A stretch of 52,030 bases of DNA from Candidatus Thorarchaeota archaeon (GCA_011364905.1 RDNZ01000010.1:1-52030), one strand, 5' to 3'; shown: positions 1-9,790, counted from the first letter of the stretch. A program made the numbers and translations. The notes: generated from the sequence alone by a model not told the origin.

Positions 1-436
1 GTGTGAAATCAGACACTGCTATGCTTGTTTCTGGGCTTCCGAAGTGAAAGAAGGCGGTGTAATGATCCTCAGATCCATCTCCCCACCAGCCATCATATAC
101 GGACATATGAGCGGTTTCAAAATAACCAAGTGGCCCCGGTACAGCTTCTATGAACGTCTTATCCATCCCTGCCCCAGTAATAGTTCCATGGAAACCATAA
201 GTCATGAGTGGTCGGCATATCTTATATCGCCCCTCAGCAAGATATAGAGTGTCGCCAGGATTCATGCTGTCCAGAGCATTCTGGATGTTTGTACTATCAG
301 TTTCTGGATCACCCGTTGGATCAGGAGCATAGATTGTCACCGGAGTCGCATCAGCGCTCGGTATGAAAACAGGCATTCCCAAGGTGAAGATCATGCACAT
401 GCCAATGAACATAACCAGTACTTTTTTTCTCTTCAA
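1..436 (-). CDS. Secreted protein, probable right-handed beta-helix (pectin-lyase-like) N-terminus; partial, runs off the window edge
   Basis: Absent from the ORF track; translated by hand. TTG at 436 after an AGGAGG RBS gives MKRKKVLVMFIGMCMIFTLGMPVFIPSADA (signal peptide) then ...DSTNIQNALDSMNPGDTLYLAEGRY...TITGAGMDKTFIE, a typical beta-helix cap motif. Frame stays open to position 1. Confidence 0.75.
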   Translation of the reverse strand, partial: MKRKKVLVMFIGMCMIFTLGMPVFIPSADATPVTIYAPDPTGDPETDSTNIQNALDSMNPGDTLYLAEGRYKICRPLMTYGFHGTITGAGMDKTFIEAVPGPLGYFETAHMSVYDGWWGDGSEDHYTAFFHFGSPETSIAVSDFT

Positions 437-813
437 TTACTCTCCTCCTCTTAGATATCCATTCCGACTCTTGGTCTAACGGTTTTGTATGAACTGAGTC
501 GCTTTTACGATGTATTTCCCCTTTGTCCTCCACATTGTTGGAATAGACAAGATATATGACAGTATTAGGTACAATATTAAACTTACGCAATATGTGTTAA
601 TACTTACATATTACTAATTGAGTTTCAGCAAAACGCATTAGCTTCTCTGGACTTCAGAACTTTGTGGCTTCGTAAGAGCATAATCCACTATCCGATGCAT
701 GAATAGAAACAATCCATTGTGAGAATCCAAAAGGTCTTTTAGTTGGATAACGAATATTGAGGTTTCAACTCCGCCATCGGGTTTGAGATGGCGAAGAGTG
801 GGAAGTGTGACTA

Positions 814-2055
814 ATGACCACCGAAACCTATACCAGAAGTGCTAAGATACTAGTATTCATAGCATGCGCTCTTGGATGGGCATTTGATGCCGTTGGCCTT
901 ACGCTCATCAATTTCGTCGCGACAGACATCATGGCAGAGTTTGGCAAGACTACCGCCGATATTGGCTTTGTGTTTTCAGCTCAATATGTAGCAACTGTAC
1001 CAGGCGCGATCTTATTTGGAAACCTAGCGGATAAGTATGGAAGAAAGAATTTCCTTCTATTCTCCGTCCTCTGGGATGCCATACTAACGGCTCTAACGAC
1101 ATTCGCACCAACTTTTGAAATACTAGCAATCTTGCGGATACTTTCCGGTATGGGTGTTTCATGGGGAATCGCCTATGCCCTACTTGGTGAGGTTTTCGCG
1201 CCAAAGAGAAGAGGTTTCTTTGGCGGTCTCATGCACTCGATGTTTCTGGTAGGATACATACTCTCAGCGGTCGCCTCAATCACAATCACTCCGGTATACG
1301 GTTGGCGTCCAACTTTCCTTGTGACACTGTTGGTAATACCACTCATCTTGCTTCTATACTATGCAATGCCTGAATCCGGACTATGGCAAAGACTGAATCA
1401 GGAAGAACGTGAGATGGGGGTTCCACTAAGAACTGGAATTAAGCAAGTCTTCAGGGCAGGTTTTGGGAAACTACTCGTCTTAGCTACAGTGCTCTTCTGG
1501 GCTGCCGAGTTTGCATATCATGCCATTGTGGACTGGGGACCGACATTCCTGGAAGTTGAGCTCTCCTATAGTTCTACACAGGCAGACACGATAATTCTGT
1601 TGATCTCACTTGTTGCTATGCTCATCCTCCCCGCATTTGGACTATTGAGCGACTATATCGGGAGAAGGATAAGCTTTGTACTATCAGCGATTGTTGGTCT
1701 GATTGCTACGATATTTCTCGGCGTGTTTGCAATACTTGTGCCAACGAGGACCCTAGCCGTAGCTGCATTGTTCATTATACCTGCTGGGTTTGGCAGTCAT
1801 GCTCTCTTTGGCGTTTGGGCATCAGAGATGTTCCCGACCGAGTCAAGAGCAGCTGCGACATCAGTTATCTTCAGTCTAGCAAGAGGTCTATCATTCGGAG
1901 GATGGATTGTGGGGATTCTAGCAACCATGGTAGGGCTATCATATGGTATGATGCTGGCAATAATCGGATTTGTACTAATGGTGGTTCTTCCGTTCACACT
2001 ACCGGAAACTGCGGGAAGGGACCTCAGTCATGTCGAGGAGGAGGTCTCTTTATAG
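814..2055 (+). CDS. MFS transporter (aromatic acid/sugar porter-like)
   Basis: About 12 hydrophobic segments; motif A GNLADKYGRK and GLLSDYIGRR; SEMFPTESRA; LPETAG. Confidence 0.92.
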   Translation: MTTETYTRSAKILVFIACALGWAFDAVGLTLINFVATDIMAEFGKTTADIGFVFSAQYVATVPGAILFGNLADKYGRKNFLLFSVLWDAILTALTTFAPTFEILAILRILSGMGVSWGIAYALLGEVFAPKRRGFFGGLMHSMFLVGYILSAVASITITPVYGWRPTFLVTLLVIPLILLLYYAMPESGLWQRLNQEEREMGVPLRTGIKQVFRAGFGKLLVLATVLFWAAEFAYHAIVDWGPTFLEVELSYSSTQADTIILLISLVAMLILPAFGLLSDYIGRRISFVLSAIVGLIATIFLGVFAILVPTRTLAVAALFIIPAGFGSHALFGVWASEMFPTESRAAATSVIFSLARGLSFGGWIVGILATMVGLSYGMMLAIIGFVLMVVLPFTLPETAGRDLSHVEEEVSL

Positions 2056-3737
2056 TGGCTGAGCTGACTGGAGCTCAAGCAGCGGCAAGAGCGATAGTTG
2101 CAGAGAATGTCAGCACAGTCTTTACTTTGGCCGACGGATCAATATTGTCCATTCTCGATGAATTGATAGACAATGGCGTCAGAGTAATCGATGTCAGACA
2201 TGAACAAGCTGCAGGAAATGCAGCTGATGGATGGGGAAGAGCGACTCGTACACCAGGCGTTTGTCTTGTTGCAATGGGGCCGGGGTTAGTCAATCTCCTT
2301 CCATCCTTGGTCCAGGCCTATCATGCGGGCAGCCCAGTTGTGGCAATCACCTCGGCTGCTCCAATCAACATGTGTGAGATGGACGCCTTCGAGGACATTG
2401 ATGCTGTGAAAATGGTGGAACCATACACGAAATGGGCGGCTCGCTGTAGATCAGCAAATCAGGTCACTAGATACATGCGGATGGCATTCTCTTACGCAAT
2501 GTCAGGCAAGAAGGGACCTGTACTCCTTGAAATCCCCAAGGATGTGCAAACTTGTGAGTGTTCGTCAGCAAAACTAACCCCGACAAGTTTTCGCCCTTCC
2601 AGTGGTCCGACTGGTAGTCATTCAGCAATCCAAAGAGCGGTTGAGCTCCTCGCGAGTGCTGAGAGACCAGTCATTCTTGCAGGGAGTGGAGTCTATTGGT
2701 CTGGTGCATCGAAGGAGCTCGTTGAACTGGCCGAACTAATGAAGAGTCCGGTCGCTTCTGAATTCCATGGACTAGGATGCATTCCACAGAGTCATAATCT
2801 CTCAATAGGCAATGCCGTCATGTCATCTATCTTTCTTCGACAGGCAGATGTCATGGTCACAGTTGGAGCTCGATTCGACAACTTCTTGGGGTTTGGAACA
2901 GATCCAAACACATATGCTGAGGATGTCAAGGTCGTCCACATCGATATAGACCCATCAGTAATTGGTAAGAACAGACCAGTAAATGTTGGAATTCACGGGG
3001 ATGCAAAGGAAGTCCTAACCTCCATGCTAGATTACGCTAAAACATCGAATTTGAGCAGAAAAGATACGTCCTTTGCGGAACAAGTAAGAGCTGGGTATGA
3101 GATGATCTCTGAAGGTTTTGACGAGGAGGCTGAGTCAGACGAGGTGCCCATTAAGCCCCATCGGTTAATGCGAGAGATTCGAGAATTTGCAAAACCAAAT
3201 AGCATGTTTGTAATAGATGGTGGAGACACCACAGCATGGTCACTTATCTATCTAAGAGCTGAGATGCCAGGTCAGATTATAGGCGCTCAGGGTCCACTTG
3301 GCCATTTAGGAGCAGGACTTCCGATAGGACTGGCGGTAAAGGTTGCGTATCCAGAAAGAGACGTGTTTCTAATCTCTGGAGATGGTAGTTTCTTCTTCAA
3401 TGGCGTTGAATTAGAAACAGCGGTCAGACTGGAGATTCCTGTAATCACGGTGGTCTGCAATGACATGGCATGGGGCCTCGTTTATCACACGAGGAAGATC
3501 AAGACAGAATCTGAGGAACTTGCGCGACGTGCGACCATCATCAACGAACATGTCAGACTAGATCTCTTTGCTCAGAGTCTTGGGGCTCATGGAGAGATGG
3601 TGACTAAAGCAGAGGACATCAAACCGGCACTCAAGCGGGCTATTGACTCTGGGAAACCAGCAGTCGTCGATGTTCGAGTGTCCAGAGAATATGAGAGCTT
3701 ACTCAGTCAGGTGCTAGCCGCCACCCCTGAAGGATAA
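2055..3737 (+). CDS. Thiamine-pyrophosphate-dependent enzyme (acetolactate synthase / 2-hydroxyacyl-CoA lyase-like)
   Basis: RHEQAAG, GPGLVN and the TPP motif GDGSF...VCND. Likely start is the GTG at 2055, overlapping the MFS stop and following GAGGAGG; the track's 1815 start is too long. Confidence 0.9.
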   Translation: MAELTGAQAAARAIVAENVSTVFTLADGSILSILDELIDNGVRVIDVRHEQAAGNAADGWGRATRTPGVCLVAMGPGLVNLLPSLVQAYHAGSPVVAITSAAPINMCEMDAFEDIDAVKMVEPYTKWAARCRSANQVTRYMRMAFSYAMSGKKGPVLLEIPKDVQTCECSSAKLTPTSFRPSSGPTGSHSAIQRAVELLASAERPVILAGSGVYWSGASKELVELAELMKSPVASEFHGLGCIPQSHNLSIGNAVMSSIFLRQADVMVTVGARFDNFLGFGTDPNTYAEDVKVVHIDIDPSVIGKNRPVNVGIHGDAKEVLTSMLDYAKTSNLSRKDTSFAEQVRAGYEMISEGFDEEAESDEVPIKPHRLMREIREFAKPNSMFVIDGGDTTAWSLIYLRAEMPGQIIGAQGPLGHLGAGLPIGLAVKVAYPERDVFLISGDGSFFFNGVELETAVRLEIPVITVVCNDMAWGLVYHTRKIKTESEELARRATIINEHVRLDLFAQSLGAHGEMVTKAEDIKPALKRAIDSGKPAVVDVRVSREYESLLSQVLAATPEG

Positions 3738-3738
3738 G

Positions 3739-4677
3739 TTAGTGTGAGCGTTGCTGAATAATCTCCAGTAGTTTACGTATCCTTTCGATTCGCATTTCCT
3801 CTGGAGATCGCCCACCGTAGTCATAGACACCTCTACCACTCTTGACACCAAGGTCTCCAGCGTTCACCTTCTCCTGCAACCAACTGGGTGGTCTGAAACG
3901 ATCATCCTCAAGAACAAAGGCAAGATAGTTGGCAGCCATCGTTATGACATCAAGCCCGATGTGGTCAATATTCCCAAAGGGACCAAACTGGAGAAAGATG
4001 TATCCCATGTGCTCTTTCCAAACCCTGTCAATGTCTTCAAATGATGCGACTCCTTCTTCTATCATCTTGGCTGCTTCGACAAGAACCGCTGCAGCCATCC
4101 GGTTGACGAGAAATCCTGGAGCGTCGCCACAAGTCACAGTCTTCTTTTGGCATCTGTCTTCCAAAAAAGTCCTGACAGAACTGGTTACAGCATCAGAAGT
4201 CTTAGGACCTGGAATAATCTCAACCAAAGGCAAGACATATGGAGGATTCATCCAATGGACTCCCACAAACTGCTTAGGTCTCTCGAGAGTTGCACCTATA
4301 TCGCTGACTTGAATGACAGAAGTCGTAGTGGCCAGAATGGCATCCTTCCTGCATACACTTTCTATAGAACCAAGGACTTTCTGTTTGAGATCGACATCTT
4401 CTGGTACAGCCTCAATAAAGAAGTCAACATCTGAGGATATGTCCTCACCTCCCACTACTGTCTGGATACGCTCTAAAATTGTTGGAATTGAGGACCGATC
4501 AACCAGTCCATATTGGACTAAGAAGTTGAGGTTTGTTTCAACATGAGACTTAGCATCCTCAAGTATCTCCCGATTAACATCACTGAGGATGACATCACAA
4601 CCTGATTGTGCAAACACCTGAGCAATACCGTGCCCCATGGCACCGGCACCAATAACATGAGTCTTCTGGATCTTCAA
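3739..4677 (-). CDS. 3-hydroxyacyl-CoA dehydrogenase family protein
   Basis: GAGAMGHGIA Rossmann motif, EAVPE, HWMNPP, PGFLVNR, GDLGVKSGRGVYDY. Confidence 0.92.
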   Translation of the reverse strand: MKIQKTHVIGAGAMGHGIAQVFAQSGCDVILSDVNREILEDAKSHVETNLNFLVQYGLVDRSSIPTILERIQTVVGGEDISSDVDFFIEAVPEDVDLKQKVLGSIESVCRKDAILATTTSVIQVSDIGATLERPKQFVGVHWMNPPYVLPLVEIIPGPKTSDAVTSSVRTFLEDRCQKKTVTCGDAPGFLVNRMAAAVLVEAAKMIEEGVASFEDIDRVWKEHMGYIFLQFGPFGNIDHIGLDVITMAANYLAFVLEDDRFRPPSWLQEKVNAGDLGVKSGRGVYDYGGRSPEEMRIERIRKLLEIIQQRSH

Positions 4678-4687
4678 TTTACCACCT

Positions 4688-5692
4688 CTAGTATGAAGAG
4701 TATATGTCCAAGTTTTCTTTTACTTCTTCAACGAATTTTCTAGCCAGTTTTTCTACGGTGTCGAGTTCTAGTTTCCAACCAATCTCATCGATTACTCGAT
4801 AGACTGTTTCTTGACCCTGATTCACCAACATAGTAGTAAGAAGAGTCCATGTTCCCGCGACTTCCTCCACAACAGGGTCTTCTTTGTACTCCGCATCAGC
4901 CTCAGGGAGGATCTTCCTAATTTCAGACACAAAATCCTGAATCGCTACAGGAACACCCCCAGACATGATAATCCGTTCAGTCACCTTATCCGCTTTCCAG
5001 AGGGCGAGAAGCAGGTTGGTTACATCGTCAACATGGATGATTGGCAAAACGGTATAGTCGGGAACCAAGATGACTCCGTGTTTGTCAAGGACCAATTCCT
5101 CGACAAACTTCGAAAAAGAAACCGTCGCACCCTGCCCTCTCCGTCCAGGTCCAATAACAACGGCTAGTCGGACACACCGGAAATCTAGACCATGAGTGAG
5201 ACTGTAGAATGTGCCCAGAACCTCACCACAGACCTTACTCGCTCCATAGAAGCTAGCAGGTTCCCTGTAGCTCTTGGCATGGAATGGAAAAGGAGTGTTG
5301 GGGCCAAACGCGGACAGGCTACTTACGAACACAACCTTATCGACACCACTGATTCTACATGCCTCGAGAATATTGAATGTCCCTTCTATGTTGACATTGT
5401 ATGCCGATCGAAGCTCATCAGCAGCGGCGACAGAGAGCATCGCTGCAGTATGAATGACTGAACCAATATCGTGTTTTTTAATGATGTCCAAGAGACCTTG
5501 ATAGTCAGCCACATCACCTTTCACGATCTCGACTCTGTCTTCTATGTCTTTGATACTCATTTCATTCGGGTAAAGGTCGAAGAGGACAACCTCAACTCCT
5601 TGTTTGACAAGCTTTCGGGCTAGATGTGACCCGATGAATCCAGTGCCCCCAGTTATTAGAACAGGTTTTGGTTTTTGGGAACCATCTGACAT
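4688..5692 (-). CDS. NAD-dependent epimerase/dehydratase (extended SDR), L-threonine 3-dehydrogenase-like
   Basis: TGGTGFIG and YGASK; HTAAMLS, SSLSAFGPNTP and GLDFRCVR resemble SDR-type threonine dehydrogenases. ATG 5692 chosen as start. Confidence 0.85.
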   Translation of the reverse strand: MSDGSQKPKPVLITGGTGFIGSHLARKLVKQGVEVVLFDLYPNEMSIKDIEDRVEIVKGDVADYQGLLDIIKKHDIGSVIHTAAMLSVAAADELRSAYNVNIEGTFNILEACRISGVDKVVFVSSLSAFGPNTPFPFHAKSYREPASFYGASKVCGEVLGTFYSLTHGLDFRCVRLAVVIGPGRRGQGATVSFSKFVEELVLDKHGVILVPDYTVLPIIHVDDVTNLLLALWKADKVTERIIMSGGVPVAIQDFVSEIRKILPEADAEYKEDPVVEEVAGTWTLLTTMLVNQGQETVYRVIDEIGWKLELDTVEKLARKFVEEVKENLDIYSSY

Positions 5693-5987
5693 AAGAACAG
5701 CACCTTCCAAATTCGAGGTTTTCGCGGAATAAAAGAATTGTCAGAGAAGAAATGATGGTGGAAGATAGGAGAGAACCATAGGAGTACTAGAATCCTAGTA
5801 GCGATTCTCTCTTGGTAGTCCAATGAGCGGTTGCATAGCAAGTATTGTGCTCTGAACTCAAATACATCTCCCACCTCTACAGCTCAGTAAGCTCCGCTTT
5901 CAAAATCTGAACCAATTGAACTCTTGAGTAGGATTGATGCCAGCACTACCACCATTGCTTTCTGGAAATCCACCCTCTTACAACCTT

Positions 5988-7562
5988 TCACCAACTATAT
6001 GGCGGAGACACGTCTCCCGATGATCCACTCTTACGTGTCAATATAATAATGATAACAATGATAATGACACCCATTCCTCCTCCGCCCACAAACACCATCA
6101 TTATCCAATCCCCATTCGGTCCTGTGATGTTTGTAAACCAAGTCACTGATGTTGGAATACTTGTGGTATCCGGTGATGTGGTCGAGGTTGTTGGTTCAGG
6201 CTCGATTATAGGTGCAGAACCATTTCCAAGATACACGTTATCAGTATAGAAATCGCCAGGATCACCATTAGATGAGTGGCACAGCATGAGGACCTTAAAG
6301 AATTCAATCTGTGACATGTCAGTTGGAATGCCAAAGAAAGAAACATAGTCATTGTATACTGATCGATTCAGCATATTCCACTCAAATGGAGTCCAATCAA
6401 ATAGCAGTAATCTCAGATAGCTTGTGTTTGAATTGAGGTCATTTCCAGGGAACGTATATCCAGACCACTCATATGCAATAAAGCTAGTCTGACCCGTTTC
6501 TTTATTGTGGAACCAGAGATCAACCTCCGAATTCCCTGCTTGGCCACAAGTATTTCCAGTTTTTTCAGGATAGATTGCCGCCGATAATGTAAGATTCTCA
6601 CTCAGCGAAGCATTCACAGCAAGCGTCTGTGTGACTTTTTCATATGGTGCTGAGCTGTAATGTGAGTCAAGATACAGCGAATAGCTTCCATCATAGACGA
6701 TTGAGTCTACGATCTGATTGTAAACCGTGCCTCCTTGATTAATCCAAGGTGAGAATGATCCAGATTCAAATCCCGGGTTACTAACGTAGTTGGAACCTGA
6801 AGGGATGGGCTCTGGTTCAGGCTCGATTATAGGTGCAGAACCATTTCCAAGATACACGTTGTCAATAAGAAAGTCACCTGGATCACCATTTGATGAATGG
6901 CACAGTATATGGACCCTATAGAATTCAATCTGTGACATGTCAGTTGGTACGCCAAAGAAGGAAACATAGTCGTGGTATACTGAACGATTCAACACATTCC
7001 ACGTAGACGGAATCCAGTCAAACAATAGGAGTCGTAGGTAGGTCGTGTTTGAATTGAGATCATTACCGGGGAACGTATATCCAGACCACTCGTAAGCGAT
7101 ATGGCTATACTGTCCCGTTTCTTTATTGTGGAAGTAAATGGCAAACTGTGAAACTCCAGCTTGGCCACAGGTGGTTCCAGTCTTTTCAGGATAGATTGCC
7201 GCTGAAACTGTAAGGTTCTCAGTAAGCGTAGCATTCATTGCAAGTTTCTGTGTGACAGGTTCGTACGGAGCTGAGCTGATGTGCGAGACGAGGAATAGCG
7301 AATAATGACCATCATAAACGCCTGAGTCCACAATCTGATTGTAGGTCGTGCCTTCTTCATTGACCCAGGGTGAGAATGATCCAGTTTCAAATCCTGGATT
7401 TTCAATAATGTTTAATGCCTCAGAGTGTACAGAATTCTGACCAAGCGGCGCATCAAATGCACCTAAACTACTAGTTGATGCCATGTTGGTTCCTAACATG
7501 AGCATTAAAGAGCTCACGATAATCACTAAGGCTAAAACCGAAGTAATCTGTTTCTTTTGCAT
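5988..7562 (-). CDS. Membrane-anchored surface protein with two tandem CBM-like (jelly-roll) domains
   Basis: Signal peptide; two ~207-aa repeats starting NPGFE(T/S)GSFSPW; Thr/Ser stalk; C-terminal TM; tail ends PYSW*. ATG 7562 follows GGTGAGG. Confidence 0.8.
   Translation of the reverse strand: MQKKQITSVLALVIIVSSLMLMLGTNMASTSSLGAFDAPLGQNSVHSEALNIIENPGFETGSFSPWVNEEGTTYNQIVDSGVYDGHYSLFLVSHISSAPYEPVTQKLAMNATLTENLTVSAAIYPEKTGTTCGQAGVSQFAIYFHNKETGQYSHIAYEWSGYTFPGNDLNSNTTYLRLLLFDWIPSTWNVLNRSVYHDYVSFFGVPTDMSQIEFYRVHILCHSSNGDPGDFLIDNVYLGNGSAPIIEPEPEPIPSGSNYVSNPGFESGSFSPWINQGGTVYNQIVDSIVYDGSYSLYLDSHYSSAPYEKVTQTLAVNASLSENLTLSAAIYPEKTGNTCGQAGNSEVDLWFHNKETGQTSFIAYEWSGYTFPGNDLNSNTSYLRLLLFDWTPFEWNMLNRSVYNDYVSFFGIPTDMSQIEFFKVLMLCHSSNGDPGDFYTDNVYLGNGSAPIIEPEPTTSTTSPDTTSIPTSVTWFTNITGPNGDWIMMVFVGGGGMGVIIIVIIIILTRKSGSSGDVSPPYSW
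6192..7412. repeat. Intragenic tandem duplication, period 621 bp
   Basis: A 48-nt exact match at 6192-6239 and 6813-6860; similarity is visible across the whole unit (6192-6791 vs 6813-7412). Confidence 0.95.
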
Positions 7563-7573
7563 ACTCTCAATCC

Positions 7574-8524
7574 TCACCAATTGTATTCCGATACTGGAGC
7601 TGCTGCAGAACCTCCCTCTCTCGACAAAAGGATGACAATTACCACAATTATGATCACAGCGCCGCTTCCGGCAGCTATTAGGATGGTCACAAGAGACCCA
7701 GGTTCCTGCGGTGTAGTTGGGGGAGTATTGGTACCCGTCTGTGTGCTCGTTGTCGGATCTGAAGTTGTTGTTGTAGGTTCAGAAAGATAACTGAATGATA
7801 AATCATCAATCCAGAAATCGCCGGGGTCACCATTAGAATTGTGAGACAGTAAAGTGATACGATTCACCACAAGTTCATTATAATTTTCAGGAGCACCATA
7901 GAATGCACAGTAATCATTATACAGATTCCTTTCTACAAAGTTCCAAACATTAGGTATCAGATCAAAGAGAAGATAGAGCACTTGTGTAATATTGACGCCC
8001 TTGTCACCACCTGGATATGTGTAGCCAGACCATTCATAGACGACATTCTTGTGGGTGTCTGATGCAGGATTATACACTCCAACACAGACCTGATCAACCC
8101 CTGCTTGACCAGCAGTGATTCCAACTTTTGATGGGTAGACTGCAAAACTGAAGGTTTGTGCTTCAAAGATGGATATTTCAGTATCGATCTCCTGGTACAC
8201 AGGTTCATATGGTGTGCCACTCACATGGCTGTCCATATAGAGCGCATAGGTTCCCGAGTAAACTCTACTGCTTTGAATCTCATTGTACGTTGTTCCACCC
8301 TGATTTACCCATGGACTGAATCCACCTGATTCAAAACCAGCATTACTGATAATGTTGACCTCCTCAGATAGGACTTCGACCTCTAGCGGCTTGTCGACAG
8401 CTAACGATTCCCGATTGGATGAGGTCATCGATAAGAGTGAAAGAAGAATCACGAAAACAATGAATAATGTACCGAACTTTCCACGCGACATGCACTCAAA
8501 CCCAATTCTTTCTAACGATATCAT
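7574..8524 (-). CDS. Membrane-anchored surface protein, single-domain paralogue of 5988-7562
   Basis: NAGFESGGFSPWVNQGGTTYN...SNGDPGDFWID aligns with the repeats of the downstream gene; Thr stalk, TM, tail EYNW*. True start may be the later ATG (MSRGK). Confidence 0.8.
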   Translation of the reverse strand: MISLERIGFECMSRGKFGTLFIVFVILLSLLSMTSSNRESLAVDKPLEVEVLSEEVNIISNAGFESGGFSPWVNQGGTTYNEIQSSRVYSGTYALYMDSHVSGTPYEPVYQEIDTEISIFEAQTFSFAVYPSKVGITAGQAGVDQVCVGVYNPASDTHKNVVYEWSGYTYPGGDKGVNITQVLYLLFDLIPNVWNFVERNLYNDYCAFYGAPENYNELVVNRITLLSHNSNGDPGDFWIDDLSFSYLSEPTTTTSDPTTSTQTGTNTPPTTPQEPGSLVTILIAAGSGAVIIIVVIVILLSREGGSAAAPVSEYNW

Positions 8525-8715
8525 CGCTAAAAAGCATTCCTTTTATGAACAGATGATTTTCCACTCCACCCATTTTAAGAATTAAGATGAGCAGACAAGA
8601 TGGACTCATGGAGAACAGATAGTCAGTTGAATATGGAGATCGAACCACAAGCAGACATATGTCGTCCAACCTGAAACCGGTGTTTAATCTATCAAGTTGG
8701 TTACAGAAAATGAGT

Positions 8716-8752
8716 TGAGTGAGTTGGCGATAGAAGAACCACCAACTCCTCA
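8716..8752 (-). terminator. Stem-loop downstream of the Zn-ribbon gene
   Basis: TGAG-T-GAGTTGG / CCAACTC-CTCA inverted repeat, followed on the minus strand by a short U-rich run. Confidence 0.45.
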
Positions 8753-8761
8753 GATGAGGAT

Positions 8762-9790
8762 TTAACCCCTCGCTTCTTGTTCACGCTTCAAGCGTTCTTT
8801 CTCAAGATCTCGAATCCGTTTTGTTTTGTCATTCTCAGCCTTCTTGATTCGTTTTTCGACATCACGGATTCTCTTCTCTGCGTTGGAGATCTCTTTCTTT
8901 CTCCGATTCTCCGCATTCTTGTGTTCTTTGTTTGCATCGTTGTGCTCGTTTTTAGCCAGTTTCAGCTCACGTTCTAGACTTTCCGCACGAGTTCGCTTAG
9001 TTTCAGCAACGACAAGATACCGTTCAACTTCTTCATCGAGACGCGAGCGTATCTTATCGAACTCCGTCTTGAGTTGCCCGAGCTCAATATTGTAAGTCTT
9101 AATGTCAGCCTCCAGCAATCGTATTTTCTCATCCTTCGCGGGTTCAGGTGCGGCCATTGAAACCGAGGGCGCTGTGACAGGTGCAGGTGGTGCAACTGGC
9201 ATTTCTTTTGGAAGCGGTGGTTCAGGTTGCGAGAGAAGCGGTTTTTCCTCCTCAACTTCCTCCTCTTCCTCCTCGTACACCTCTTCGACCTCTTCCTCGG
9301 CCACGCCCTCTTCTTCCTCGTATTCCTCCTCCACCTCTTCCTCTTCTTCTACTTCTTCCACTTCTTCTTCTTCAAATTGTTCCTCTGGTGGAGGTTCGAC
9401 TACTGGTTCCGATGGGGCTGAAACGTCTTCGCTTCTGGATCGTGCTTCTGCAGCTTTGACCTTCTCCAATATATCTCGGACAACTTCCTTGCCTCTGTCG
9501 TGTTCCATATCACGGGGCGCAGTGGTTGATTCTTCTCTGTATCCCGTACTGGAGGGAGGCCGTTCCAAAGGTTCTTCACGTTCCATTTTGGCTTGCTCCG
9601 ATGCAACTTCACTTGGAAGTACATGCCGTGCTTCCGAAAAACCAGTTGTTTCTGTAATTGGTTCTTCCTCTGGTTCCTCAACTGATTCCTCAACCGCAGG
9701 TTCTTCCGGTTTTATTAATGATGCACCACAACGAGTGCAATACTTCCGCATCACATCGTTCGCCTTTCCACATTTTGGACATGTCTTAAT
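8762..9790 (-). CDS. Zinc-ribbon / acidic low-complexity / coiled-coil protein
   Basis: In-frame extension gives IKTCPKCGKANDVMRKYCTRCG (a complete CxxC...CxxC ribbon); Glu/Pro-rich middle; long C-terminal charged coiled coil. Start inferred at ATT 9790. Confidence 0.8.
   Translation of the reverse strand: MKTCPKCGKANDVMRKYCTRCGASLIKPEEPAVEESVEEPEEEPITETTGFSEARHVLPSEVASEQAKMEREEPLERPPSSTGYREESTTAPRDMEHDRGKEVVRDILEKVKAAEARSRSEDVSAPSEPVVEPPPEEQFEEEEVEEVEEEEEVEEEYEEEEGVAEEEVEEVYEEEEEEVEEEKPLLSQPEPPLPKEMPVAPPAPVTAPSVSMAAPEPAKDEKIRLLEADIKTYNIELGQLKTEFDKIRSRLDEEVERYLVVAETKRTRAESLERELKLAKNEHNDANKEHKNAENRRKKEISNAEKRIRDVEKRIKKAENDKTKRIRDLEKERLKREQEARG

Noticed and set aside
44-590. Track ORFs 44-247 (+) and 351-590 (-)
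   Set aside because: They overlap the better-supported 1-436 minus-strand gene or its promoter and show no motifs.
1815-2054. 80-aa N-terminal extension of the TPP enzyme
   Set aside because: Overlaps the MFS gene; the family N-terminus and RBS point to GTG 2055.
6192-7412. 621-bp repeat as a DGR template/variable pair
   Set aside because: Both copies are in-frame coding domains, differences are not visibly adenine-specific, and there is no reverse transcriptase in the window.
9245-9375. TCC/TTC-rich quasi-repeat
   Set aside because: Codes for the poly-Glu tract; not a CRISPR or satellite.
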